NCBI GenBank assembly: GCA_028534125.1
Contig: CM052817.1
Coordinates: forward strand, 47,556,001-47,620,000
Direction of reading: 5' to 3'
DNA length: 64,000 nt
Source: Lama glama
Lineage: Eukaryota
In this document: positions 23,788 to 36,180 of the stretch, piece by piece
How the letters are laid out: each line of letters opens with the position of its first letter
Numbering within the stretch: the stretch's first letter is position 1
Made by a program: the position numbers and the translations under genes
The notes under the pieces: generated by a model
Databases searched by the model: none
Told to the model about the DNA's origin: nothing
Seen by the model: only the letters and a program-made list of their open reading frames with translations

Positions 23788-24361
23788 TGTTACCGGGAAA
23801 AGGGAAATAAGACTTACCTCGGTTCTTAGTCACCCGAAAAAAAAAAAGAATTTTTAAAGAAAGACAAAAAGCGCGATATAAGCAAGATTTTTAGTAAAGC
23901 AAAAGATGGTACAAGATAGTACACTCCCGAGACTTGGGAGCAGGCCAATCCAAGAGAGGGAAAAATGGCGCCGCTCCTTTGTTTTTCCGGTTTATATCCT
24001 GGCTTAGGGGCGTTTTTGTGATTGAGTAACGGCTCAGGTTCTTTGAGTGAGCAGGCTGATTGACAGCTCAAGTTCCTTGTGCTTAGGTTGATTGACAACT
24101 CAGGTTCCTGGTGCTCTGGCACACCCATCCCCCTTTTGGGCAGGTCCATTGAATCAAGTTATGCTGGGTCCTTCACTTACGCGCAGCTGCAGCATTTTGA
24201 TTTTAGCCGGCTTCTTTTGCTGGCCCTCATTTAGAGAAAGTAGAAGTTCCTGGAGTCCCTTATCCTGAATGCAGATATACTGTAATTTTCTGGGTTGTTC
24301 CTTTCCCCTTCCTCCCCCCCCCCCCACCGCCCAGTGCTTTTTTCTGTCTAACTGCCTAACA
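23788..24361 (-). mobile_element. ERV solo LTR, copy B (same family as 21523-22014)
   Basis: TGTTA...TAACA termini, TSD GTTC both sides; colinear with copy A apart from an internal repeat expansion. Confidence 0.9.
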
Positions 24362-25505
24362 GTTCAAAGGTGAAAACAAACTTCTCCATTGTGGAAGATA
24401 AAGGGCCAGTTGATGTGTTCCTATGACAAACAGGTAATAGATCTAAAAGCCACAAGAAGCCCTGATTGAGGGTGTGGGCACTGAAGTCAGACTGCTGGTT
24501 CAAATGCTGGTTCTGTAGCAAGCAAACTAATTGTGCTAATTGTGACTTGAGTGAATGACAATGTGCCTAAGCCTTAGTCTTTTCATCTATAAAATGAGGA
24601 TGGTAATAATTCATGGGGCTGTTTGAGCACAAAATTAAATAATTTAGGAAAAACCATTAACACAGGGCCTAGCAGGCATCAAGTGTTCAATAAAACTTTG
24701 CAATGATTATTTCTTCCAGATACTCTTTTTAAAAACTTGTATATCTTTGTATAGATGACCAAAAGACCCCACAAGATCCAATTTCATTTTTTTCAAATCG
24801 AGGTCACAATTTCCACAAAGTCCCATCCGCCTAAAAGTGTCCAGTGTGTCCTAAAAAATGCGGAAACAAGATCTGAAGTAGAGAGTTGTGTGAGCACTGC
24901 GTATAATGTAGCAGCTAGCCTTTCATAAAAGGCCTAACCTGGCAAACGAAGCCAAAGATTAGCGGAGCTGCTTTCTCCGCAGTGGCAGCAGGCACACAGG
25001 AGACTGTCCCCAGACTTGGCTGTCTCCAAATCCTCTATGAAAGATTGATCGTTAACAACTTCACCTGGGGCTGACACCCTTTCTCTGGGGCCCGGGAGAG
25101 GGGTTGTGGCTAGTACATGCGAACTTCAATTATAATTGGACTATACTATACACTTTGTCCCTGGATAAACAAAAACCTCTATTTCCTTTGCATTCTTCAC
25201 AAGTCCCTCGCACTCTGCTTTGCCCATTGTACAGACTTAACCACTTACTCCAGGCTCTCAGGCTCTGATACGCAACACAGGTTTCCTGGAGTTATGACTG
25301 TGGTGCCCATTCTGTTCTCAGCTTTTTCATCTCTCCATTACCATACTTGTCAGCATCAGGAACTAGCTAATGTTGATGCAGAAAGGACCTTTAGCTCTAG
25401 TCTGGTACTTTTCATTTCTCAGGGATAGCATTAAGGCCCAAAGGTGAATTTTCCATGATCTCACTTCTGAGTTTGAGTAGAGCTGGGGTTAGGATTGGAA
25501 CTAGT

Positions 25506-25563
25506 CCAGAAGTTGACACAGCATTGTAAACTGACTATACTTCAACAATAATAATTTAAAAAA
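25506..25563 (+). mobile_element. Very short L1 3' terminus (~58 bp) with TSD
   Basis: ccagaagttgacacagcattgtaaactgactatacttcaa plus A-rich tail resembles the end of the L1 near 52640-52690; TSD aggattggaactagt / agaattggaattagt. Confidence 0.7.
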
Positions 25564-26859
25564 AGAATTGGAATTAGTAGAGCAACTGTCTCGGTCTATG
25601 ACCAGTATGCTTCTCTTCTGTAAAAATAAGGGACTCCAATGTAAAGGAAGGCCGTTAACCCGGGATAAGCAAGGGTCTATGTGCTCAACCTAAACAAGCG
25701 AGCAGAAGTATGCATTCTGAGAGAGAAACTCTGAAGGCTTATTCGTGAAGGATATTATACTCCCAAATAAGCCCATTGCAACCGTCCACACTGCACAGGA
25801 ATGTGTCCAGCTGTCTGCGTGGGACATCTTCACTTGTCTGTATTGGCTACCGGGATGAGTCCTTTTTTCTAGTCTAATTTCCAGAAGATCTATCTACAAG
25901 AGATGTGCCATTCTGGTTTCTCTGTTGGACTTCTCCACTCTGATTTTCACATCTCAGATGTTGCATGGTGCCTGGAGGTAGCAACACAGCCTCTGGCTGA
26001 AAGCTTTCATATGTATAATGTTCTTAACATGGAGCTCAGACTGTCAGAAGCAACAGCCGCTCTGATTCATTCTGCCTTCGCTTCAGATTTTTATGGTTGT
26101 TAGAAATGCTCTTGCGTGATGTGGGTGGTCTGGTTCTGTAACGTCCTTCCCTCTATAGTCATCCTTCGACTTGAAATCTTATCCTGTTCTCCTACTCAGA
26201 CTCCCAAAACTTACAAGCACGCTCACGTCTTCCTCATCATCAAAGAAGGATCAGACTTCTGCTTGAGTCTACTTCTGCCTCATTAGCCAGGATCTGATCT
26301 CTTGTCTTTCTTCACCACCAAACTTCTCAAGACGGTGGCCTAGCGACACGGTCTCTTCTTTTCCCCATTCCCTGTGGAGTCCAGCATTCACCCTAGAATC
26401 CACTGTAGCCTGTCTTCTGCCCCAAGCACATGATAGGAAGAGCTTTCCCAAAGATTATTGTTCAGCAAATTTCTGTGGAGCTCTGACTGTGTGCCAGACA
26501 CTGGTCTAAGTACTTAGAACACAGTAGTGTGAAAACTGGGAAGAATCTCTGCCCTCTGACTGGAGCTTACTTGTAGCATAGGAAATAGAGAAATAATGGT
26601 CATAATACATTGGTTTGCTATCCAGTATGCTGAAAGGTGATAAGAGCGTATCCGGGGTGAAATAGGATGTCAGTGGTAGTGCTCATTAGAAGGTGATGGT
26701 AGAGGGAAGACTTGAAGGAGGTGAGAGAATTTGGGGAAGAACATTCCAGTAGGAAGGAATGAGTGCAAAGTCCCTCAGGTGTTCTTTTATATCTTTGAGT
26801 CATTCCTTAACTTTTTATACTCCTAACCCACAAAACCCCACCCCAGGTCTTTTTGTTAT

Positions 26860-27301
26860 TGCACCTTTATTGTCCCATGAAACTTACTCCACAAAATGAA
26901 CTCCTCCTTACTACTTTCTGAGTTTTTCAGATGCTAAAAAACCACCACCAAAGGGAAGAAATTAACTACTAATTAACTATTGATGATTAAGAGCTCGCAG
27001 CCCCCAGACCTGGCGCCTAGGGATTGATAGTGGTGACCGCCCTGCCCTGTTACCTCCACATCAGCCAATCAGAGAACTGTGCACGTGCTGATCACACATC
27101 CTGTGACCACCCACCCCTCCTCACCTGGCCTTTAAATAGGCTTTGCTGAAACCCTTCAGGGAGTTGGGGGTTTTCTAGGGCATGAGGCAGCCCATCCTCC
27201 TTGCTCAGCCCTGCAATAAACCTTTCTCTGCTCCAAACTCTGACGTTCCAGGTTGTTTGGTCTCATGGTGCACCTGGCACACAAACTTGCCTTCGGGAAC
27301 A
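26860..27301 (+). mobile_element. ERV LTR (5' boundary uncertain)
   Basis: CCAAT (agccaatcag), TATA-like tttaaata, AATAAA, ...gggaaCA end; shares ~100 bp (ctgagtttttcaga...gcccccagacctggcg) with 34506-34712. Confidence 0.75.
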
Positions 27302-27319
27302 TTACTATTTATTTCATGA

Positions 27320-27322
<3 letters not shown>

Positions 27323-27358
<36 letters not shown>
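27323..27358. repeat. (CT)n microsatellite
   Basis: Direct observation. Confidence 0.95.
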
Positions 27359-27361
<3 letters not shown>

Positions 27362-30300
27362 TACACGTGTACACACACATACACTCCCTTCCCTTCCTGT
27401 TCCTGCACAGTCCAACATTCTAAAGACTCCAAAAGCATTTTACTGAAGCCTTGTGGAAAGTGTAGTGTCCACGTGGGTGAGGAGGGGAGAGTGGGGGTTG
27501 CCATACACTAAAAGCAAGTATTTTTTTTAACTCCTCTTTATAAAAGTCTCTCCCTGAAACCTCGTGATTCCAAACAGCTGCTTCTTGAAGTTCTCTGTGC
27601 TGCCCCACAAAACTCCCGGCCCCTCTCTCTCCTGGCTTCTAATTCTTTCCTCTAGTAGGAGGCATCAGGCAACTTTTCATGGAAGCATCTGTCCTATCTG
27701 GGTGTCTTCAATTCCAACACCAGGAGGCTCTTGCACTTAATCCTGGAGAGAAATGATGGCAATTAAGAGAGTGATAGATGAGGTATTTAGAAGATGAATT
27801 TTAATTCTTTAGGAATCAATCAGATATGAAAAAAAGGATGGAGGTGAAATTACTCAGCAGATTTCTGGCTTCGTGCCACATTGTACTCGGTATATTAAAA
27901 TGTATCTACCTCCTACATTTCTGTAATACTTGACATAGAAAATTGAAAGGCTATTTATAATACTGTTTCGAAAATATGGCTATGAGCAATTCAAATAGTT
28001 TATAATTTTCTCTGATTTCCCTCACATCACCATGGATATATGGAAATTCTTGCAAAGTGAAGCAAATCTAATTTACAACTAGTTCCCAAGAAATATTATG
28101 AATACTAAATTTAACAACATGACGAGTGTAAACTTACACTTTGTTGGTTCCTAAATATTTATTAATTTTTATTTTGTATCCTTATTTTTCTCTTGCTGAG
28201 CAAATAATATTTTGGGGAGGGGTTCAAAAATTGGATAGGCCCCTGAGAAGCAGAGCATCCCTGGGCGCTGTGCTTAAAACTCCTAAAGAACGAAACAGAC
28301 GCAGATCTAGCAAATACTACGGTCACTGGCATGGCGTCGTGCGCGGACCTCAGGGAGGTGTCTATTCAGCGGACTGTCCTGTATTTCCATCTAGAAGACC
28401 CATTAGAAGTCTTGCCAAGTTGGTTAGGAGCTATGCTCATGCCCCAGGGAGTTGGTTCTCCTTTTAGAAATTTCATAAAGAGAAATATAATCTTGGAGAG
28501 TATTATTAAATTAGAGTTTGTTATATTAAAAGAAAAATCAAAGGGGAATAGTTTACTTCTCTTGGATAGGACTGGTTTAAGTACAAAGCCTTATGTTCTC
28601 TCTCTCCAAAGCCTCAGAAGTCAGCTGGGCTTTCGTTTAAGTTCAGATCTACTTCACCTTAAGCTGCAACCTACCTCTGGCAAAAGCTGCCTTTTGAAAG
28701 GCCACGGATGAGTCATACACAGTCACAAAACTCATTTCTGGTCAGATGTTAGGTGGCTTTAAATTTGAAGGTGGAACTCAGAGGTGTCAACAGTTTTTTG
28801 GAATGTGAGCTCTGGGTTGCCTTACAATTTCTGATGGTGCATCATACACACAAGCGAGAACAAGTCAAAGGAAGAAAACCTGTCCTCATGGACACAAAAA
28901 CACACACACTGTCACTGTAGCAAGCAGGTGTAACATGCTGGCAATAATCATGAAAGCATGCATTTGAATTGGCCAGAAGAGTGAGTTCATAAAACACTTT
29001 CTCAAGTAAGCTGCATTTAACCCTCTTTCTAAACAGATGATGAAGGTAACACTTAAGAGATTTGGAATTAAAATGAACATAGAAGACAATGTACTCTAAG
29101 AAAGTTGTAAGAAAAGAGATAAACTCAAGTGAACGCTTGCTCCAGAACTAACACTGCATCTTGCTTACCCTACAGGGTCCAGAGTGTTGAGCTTAAAATA
29201 ATGCTTGTTGATGAGGCTAAAAAATGCTTGTGCACAAGAAACAAAGAGTAAAAGCCAAAACAAATCTTAGAAGTATGATCAAAATAACTGGAAAGAAAGG
29301 TCTGATAAAACAAAATTAAAAAGATTTCTTAGGTGCAGAACTTGACATAGCCTTTGATATATTTAAGTAAGTTGTGAAATCTTTGAAAGTGGAATAAGGT
29401 GAGAATCCACTTAAGGTTAGCCATAGAAGTACTTGCCTTTAGACTCCAGAATTCAGAAGTTGCAAATTTTAAAATACTAGTAGTAAATTCAAAAGTTAGT
29501 GGATTTTGTGGCTATTTTACTTATCATCTCCCAACCATAGGGGACTAAAGATATGGCTCCCTAAATTAGATTGGATGGTAATGAAGACAGGAATTTAATT
29601 GACTCCTTTATATAAATTGGCAAGTTATGCATAGATTCAAATAACTCTAATCTGTACAAATTAAGAAGCTTAATTTGCCCTCAGACAGCCTCTCGATTTG
29701 TGACAAATTGCAATTAAGAGTCAGTATGTGGTAGAAATACAGGCAAACCTGGAACAGAATTCATACTGTCATTTATGAGAGACATACTTAAAGGTTTTGA
29801 GTATCTAGTTCCTTGTGTTTAAAATGAAGGTGATTAGATCCACTTCAAGGTACTCTTGTGAGTTCCTGGTAGGTCCTCACTAAGTGTTAAATTTGATCCT
29901 GAGAAGTCAGACCAGGTTCAGGTATGGTCATAATTTTTTTGATTGCACTTGAAATGTCACACAAGTGAAGTGTTCACTATAAAGAGCAAATTCAAACAAT
30001 TACTCTGACATGAAGGGCTCTACAGTAAGATGAAGTATCTACACATATGAGGATCTTACTCATTATTGAGAGTTTCCTCGTCATTTGGGTCTTATATTAA
30101 TCTCTGGAATATTTGCACTTCCACTAAAGCAATGAAGCAGTGAGTTTCAATATTTGCTTCTTGCCCTTGGAGTACATCTTCCACAGGACACGGTCCTGAC
30201 ACCTTGACTGTTCGACTTTTTGATTAGATAGAACTGTAATTCATTCATCTCTCTAACCGTCATTTATTGGATTCCTAATTGTAGAAGGCACCTGAGTCTT

Positions 30301-31087
30301 GGCTACCATCACTCACCTGGATGGTATAATAACCTCTTAAGTGTTTTCTTGACAACCCACATTCTCCAGCTTAATTAAAGTAATTTTTCTTAGGTCTCCA
30401 ATCAGAACCATATTCCCCATCCATCTGAACCACGTCAGAATGCTGTCTCCAAGTATGGCTTGTATGGTCCTCCATGGCCTGGTCCATCCATCACTGCACG
30501 TTCATTTTGATCTTTCCTCCCGTCCCTCACTATTTTTCACCCAGAAAGATGTTTTACAGTTCCTTCGATGCCCCGAAACCTCCCATACTGCAGGAAACTT
30601 TCTGTTTCCTCCTCCTGGAAGTCTCTTTCTCACTTTCTTTAAATATTTTCTTCTCAGCCTTTCGGTCTCGGCATGAGAAAAATACTAGTTCCGCTGAAAC
30701 ATCTTTCCCTGTCCCCACACCTACGTGAGGTCCCCTTTTGTTCTCCTTGATGTATTATCCAGCACAGCACTTTTATATCATTTTTGCTTGTCGTCCGGTT
30801 GTGTTCCGTTCTGTTATTTACGTCTGTCTCCAGCTAGAATACACTCTGCAGGAGGAATGTACTACCTGTCTTGCTCACCTTTGTATCCCCAACACTGGAT
30901 CGTCACATTCTCTGTGGTGGGCGACACAGACGTAGAGACTGGTGTTCGGTGGACGAGGTGCACACTGGGTGTTACAGGAACGAAGAAACCGGGCCAGGGT
31001 AGGATGGCATGTCCACAAAAGCAACCCTATTACCTTTCCCTCTTTCTTCACAGGGCCCACAGATCCTGTAGGTGAGCAAAGGGAAAC

Positions 31088-31591
31088 TGTTGTGGGACAC
31101 AACGTGGCAATGGTGACACTCGGGGTGGTAAAGAATTACCAGAGACCAAGAAGAGTTCAGGAGAGTTTAACAGGTGCACAGCTATAGGTAACAGCGGGCC
31201 ACACGGAGGTGCCTCATGAGGGTGGCCGAGCAGGGACTTTTACTGGGGGAGGGGGCTGTGCACACAAGGAGTGGGGGGCTGCGTGATCGTTCATGCACAG
31301 CTACCTGGTTGGTTGTAAGATCTGTCAGGGACTTCGCTGAACAGTAGGTTTTATGACTCTGATAAGGGCAGGATGTGAACCTGTCCGCCTAGCGTTTCAT
31401 GAGAAAGGATACTTCTTGGGGCGGTTTAGCTTTGTTAGGGTAAACACACATCAAGAGATGTTTTTATTCTGCAGAAATGCAAGTATGGGAAGGTCCTGCT
31501 GTGGGGAGTAGGGGTTAAGGTGTCAGTGGGCTCCCAGCACACAGAGAGCCCACGGGTTTTATGACTCCAGAGAGTGCCAGCCGGCCCCACA
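31088..31591. mobile_element. Solo LTR with 5-bp TSD
   Basis: TG...CA termini (tgttgtggga / ggccccaca), GAAAC at 31083-31087 and 31592-31596, GC richer than its flanks. Confidence 0.75.
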
Positions 31592-33955
31592 GAAACAATT
31601 TCTAGGGGCAAAGAACAGTGTGCCTATACCGTCACAGCTTTTGCAGACAGAGCTAATGAGTCCTCACATTCAATGTGGTATATTTGTACCAATAAAAACA
31701 AATGTTATTCATTAGTAGAAACAGAAATTAAATAATTGCAGTTTCTGGCCCAGTAGGAAACAGTGCTTCACTGAGTTTCAACCCGCATATACTATTAAAA
31801 TATTTGTTCAATTAATTAAAATTCATATCTCAAATTAGACTTCAAAAGGGTCACTTCAAGCCTCAGGTCTCTGCGTCTATTTGCTAGGTCTTTTATTACA
31901 GGGATATTTTTATTAGCAATTGTTTTTCCCCTTCAAATAGACATAATTACTAGATGAAATTGTCTGCACCGGGGTCAAAAAAGAGCACGATGGAGGTCAC
32001 TGATTTTGCTTCTCTTCTTACGAGTCTTCTGTCTCCCTTGGTGGGAGGTGTATTTCCCAGTGTGTTTCAGGGAGCAGCACTGTCACGTGGTTCGGGTACG
32101 CGTTCATGAGTGGAGCGGGACCACTCTGAGCGTCAGCATCTCAGCAGCCCTCGGGGTGACCATGGGAGGCTGCTCTGCTCCCCCTTTCATCTCTTCTTTC
32201 TTGAGAAAGTGTGGCATGAGCTTTGGGGTCACATAGATTTTGGCTTAACTCATGGATTATCACTTATTGGGTATTTAATACTCAGTGCGTCAGTTTCATC
32301 TATAAGTAGGGGACATGAAAAATATTTGTAGGATTATTGTCAGGGCTAAATAAAGTCATGTCTGCATGCCTGACCCAGAGTCACTGTTATTAGTGGTGGC
32401 TGGTGTTATTCTTGGGATAGCAGAATGCCCTGGAAACAGATGAGCTAATTTAAGTAAGATTATAGGGTACAGCGGGGCCTCGGGCCATTTGTCTTCTGTT
32501 TGCACTTTACGTGCCTTTCTTCTTTCCTTCTTCATCCTGACTACCTCACCTCCTGTCTTCAAATCCAACCCTCGGAACTTGCTTTCTGCCTAATATTTAA
32601 ATTCAGTGTTCCACTAATATTAATTAATTAACCAATTAATTATTTAAGGAAAAAATAATGAAGAACCATTTTTTTGGCTGACATTTTGCTTCTACCATGT
32701 CGTTCCCATTAACAGCCCCCAAAAACATACATCCTGAGATTAAAAAATTAGATTTCTTTTTTTGACAATGATACTTATTAAATACACATCTAGTTGAATG
32801 CAAATGTTGTGTAGGTTTTATACGCATATATTATGAAACTGTACTGTCTAGAATTTTCTTCTAAAACATGGAATACTAAATTTATGATACAATCTAAAAA
32901 TTTGTTGCAATGAGAAATAAAAATATTAGAAATTTTAATTAAAAAATGCATACCCAAGGAGAATGAATCCACTACTACAGGTAACATTTATCAAGCTTAA
33001 TACATCCACACCAAGCACTTAGTGAAGCCCTTTTGCTACATTACATCATTAGTTCTCACAACAGCACTGTGAGGTGTGTGCTACGACTGCTGCACGTTTA
33101 TAGCGGAGGACAGTGTGGTTTAGGCTAGACGTAACTTTGTTATAAAGTCCTCCCCTACAAGAGGAAGAACTCCCAGAGTCCTACTTGAGTCCTAACAGGA
33201 GCCAGGCTCCACAGTTCTTTCTCTTGATCACTAAGTACCTTCTCCAAGTTACTTACCCTCTGCTGACACTCTGCCATCTCCACCGTTGCGACATGAAAAC
33301 ACGTGCCGTGGTGGTTATGTGCCTTGTGCAATTTCTCATGATAGATAGTAGATAAAAGGAAGGAAAAATTCAGAAAACTCTTGCCTTAGTCTGCTTAGTT
33401 ATTTTGTGTGTAACATCTTTCTTTCTTTGTATAACACTCATTTTCCTTGTCTTCTATTCCTAAGTTGGCTTCACATAAATAGAAAGTCCTATATTCTTTC
33501 AGTTTCATATTGTATATAACCTCAGCACATCTGTACTCATTCCAAATGATTCATTCTGTCCCATCGCTACTACTTGAAATCCTTGATCTTCGTTTCGCAA
33601 TTTAACATTTTGAGGTTCAGTGATCAATTATCAATTTTTTTACTTTTTCTAATGGAAATCAACTTTCTTAGCTTCTGAACATCTGCTCACCATTATCAAG
33701 GGTATACAACATTTTATTCTATTGATAAATCCATTCCTCTTTGCCATCCCTAATTTTTATGAAATTTATCCTTTAAAATACTTGATTCTCCTTTTCTCTT
33801 ATTCCATTGTTCTTAGCTATAATAGTCTATCTTTTTCCTAGCAGAAAAGAGCTTTGTTTAAAAATAAGCCTCCAGTTTCCTCAACAACTTCTGTCATTAT
33901 ATAAGGTTATTTTCTAAATCCTATCATCGTTAATTTTAAGACTTTGACATGAACT

Positions 33956-34443
33956 CATCAACTGAAATAAACGCACAGCCTGAAAGTTGAGAGTTAGGTT
34001 GTAATTGGCGGACAGTTCTGAGGACTCGAACCCCTTCAATCCTGGGATGACAGCCTCTCAGATCGCTCACAGGGACAGCTCTAAAGAGGGAGGGGAGGAG
34101 CTGGGATATATAGGAGTCTAACAACAAAGATCAGGTAGTTGGAACATTTAAAGTTTACTCGTTAACTAAAGAAAACCAGGCATCTCAGGTTAACTTAGCG
34201 CTTTTCTATGTATGGGAGGGAGCAAACATTTGGGCTCACTGAATTCATTCCTTTGACAAGCACCTAGCTATCTGGGGCCAGTATCCTGTCCTTTCTTACT
34301 CTGAGTCCCCTCAGAGTGCACCATTGTGAGTGGCTGCAGAGGCTGGGCTGCAGCCTTGTCTTCACTGAGAGTGGTGGCTGCAGCAGCTGATGGCTTCAGC
34401 ATTCTTTGTTTACTGATATAGTTTGCAGTATTGTTCATTCACA
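33956..34443 (-). mobile_element. ERV1-like LTR
   Basis: ~490-bp block (aactgaaataaacgcacagcctgaaagttgagag...ttgttcattcaca) resembling laurasiatherian ERV1 LTRs; TSD not evident. Confidence 0.6.
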
Positions 34444-34505
34444 GTCTCAACATCTGGCATGGTCAAGGCACTAGTCTTCAGTTTCTAGACTCCCTGGTGT
34501 CCAGG

Positions 34506-34712
34506 TGTAACCGAGCAGGACCATGTGGGGCCTTCCCAGGACATACCCCTCCCCTATATCCTCTGCGGTAGCTTCTCCCTGAAGGACCTAGGCAACAGTA
34601 TCTCCTGCATATTTCCTGAGTTTTTCAGAAGCTGAAAAACCACCACCAAAGGGAAGAAATGAACTACTTGATGATCAAGAGCACGTAGCCCCCAGACCTG
34701 GCGTCAAGGGGT
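34506..34712 (+). mobile_element. 5' fragment of the LTR family seen at 26860-27301
   Basis: Starts TGTAACC; shared core ctgagtttttcaga...aaaccaccaccaaagggaagaaa...gcccccagacctggcg. Confidence 0.7.
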
Positions 34713-35699
34713 TAGAGTCTCCTGCAGGCATGACTATCTTTCATGTCTCTTCATGGATCACAGGTACAGATTCCAGGGGGTAGTCCTGTGTGTCACCTGC
34801 AGTGGATTTTCAGGCCATGATGTCTACAGTTCACTAACGGGTCATTCTAGTCCTTCAATGTGCCTGTGCGATGCTCCATCAAAGGGGCTGTCAGCATGCT
34901 GTTTCCTTAGCTGCCTTTTCTTCTGTACTCCTCAAAATGAGCTTAGAGGTCTTGGTTAATCATCTTTTGTTTCTACCTCATGGGCCTGGAGGGAATAAGA
35001 TGTATGATTTCTTGAGAGGAGTGGAACTCGAATTCCAGTCATTGGCTCATGCATTCTATCTTATATGAGGGAAGAGTCTGGTTCAAGTTAGAAATGAAAA
35101 CTTTCAGTGGTCAGTTTTGTTGACTGGTCAAAATTATTACCCATTTGTGGTTCATAAAAATAAAAAATAGACTTAATCTGTAGTCAAAGTGACTTAAAAA
35201 AATCCTCAAGTGAAGATAATCATAAAATTATTCTTGACACATTAGAATCGCCACTCTTGTGACCAGAACACTGTTTTCTGCTAGATGTAACACACCTCTT
35301 TTTATATGATTTAGCCATTGACTTCCAAGTCCTCATAATTATCCTGGTAGATAGATATTAACATACTTCATTTTTTATGAGAGCCTATCAACTGTGAAGC
35401 TTTGTTGATTTAATTTCACCTTTTTTCATGGGCAGTGGGTTGTAAAACTACCACAGAAAATGTGCATGTTGATTACAAGTGACAATCTGACTTCAAAAAC
35501 ACATTCAAAACAAATATAGATCTTAAAATCAAGGTTATATTATCTTACACCAATTGAAAAAAATGAATGTTAAATAGATTAGATGAAGATGATATTTTTC
35601 TCATGAAGCAGAGATGTTGAGTCATTTTCCCTGAGTCTTCTTAGTAGTATCTGGCAGAGCCAACATGAGGACCCTCTTGTGTCTCCACGCTCTGAAGAG

Positions 35700-36180
35700 G
35701 GGAAGGCTGAAAATGGGCCCCCATGTCCTAAACCTTGGTACCCGTGAATGTTATCTTACATGACAAGAAAAAAAAAAAGATCTTTGCAAATGTGGTTACA
35801 TTAAGGGCCTTGAGCTGGAGAGGTTAAACTGGATTATCTAAATTGTCCAAATGCAATCACATGTGTCTCTGTAACAGGGAGGCAGAGGGAGATTTGACCA
35901 CACACACAGTAGAGAAGGTGGTGTCAAGGTGGAGCAGGGAGAGATTTGAAGAATGTGGCCTTGAAGATTGGAATGGTGTGGCCCCCCCAGTCAAAGAATG
36001 CTGGTGGCCATGAGAAACTGGAAGAGGTGATGAATGAATTCTGCCCTAGAGCCTCTGAATGAAGTGTGGCCCTGCCAACACCTTGATTTTGAATTCTGAC
36101 CTCCTGAATTGTGAAAGAATAAATTTCTGTTATTTTATTTTAAGTCATGGAGATAGTGCTAATTTGTTTACTTTGCAACC
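35700..36180 (+). mobile_element. MaLR LTR (MLT1D-like)
   Basis: ctttgcaaatgtggtta...ctagagcctct...ccaacaccttgatttt...gaataaatttctgtt. Confidence 0.75.

Noticed and set aside
21523..24361. One provirus bounded by two LTRs
   Set aside because: Each LTR has its own distinct TSD, and the intervening DNA is ordinary genomic sequence (MIR-like, microsatellite) with no gag/pol/env remnant I can see
28300..28380. Small CpG cluster
   Set aside because: Too short for a CpG island and no linked exon or promoter evidence
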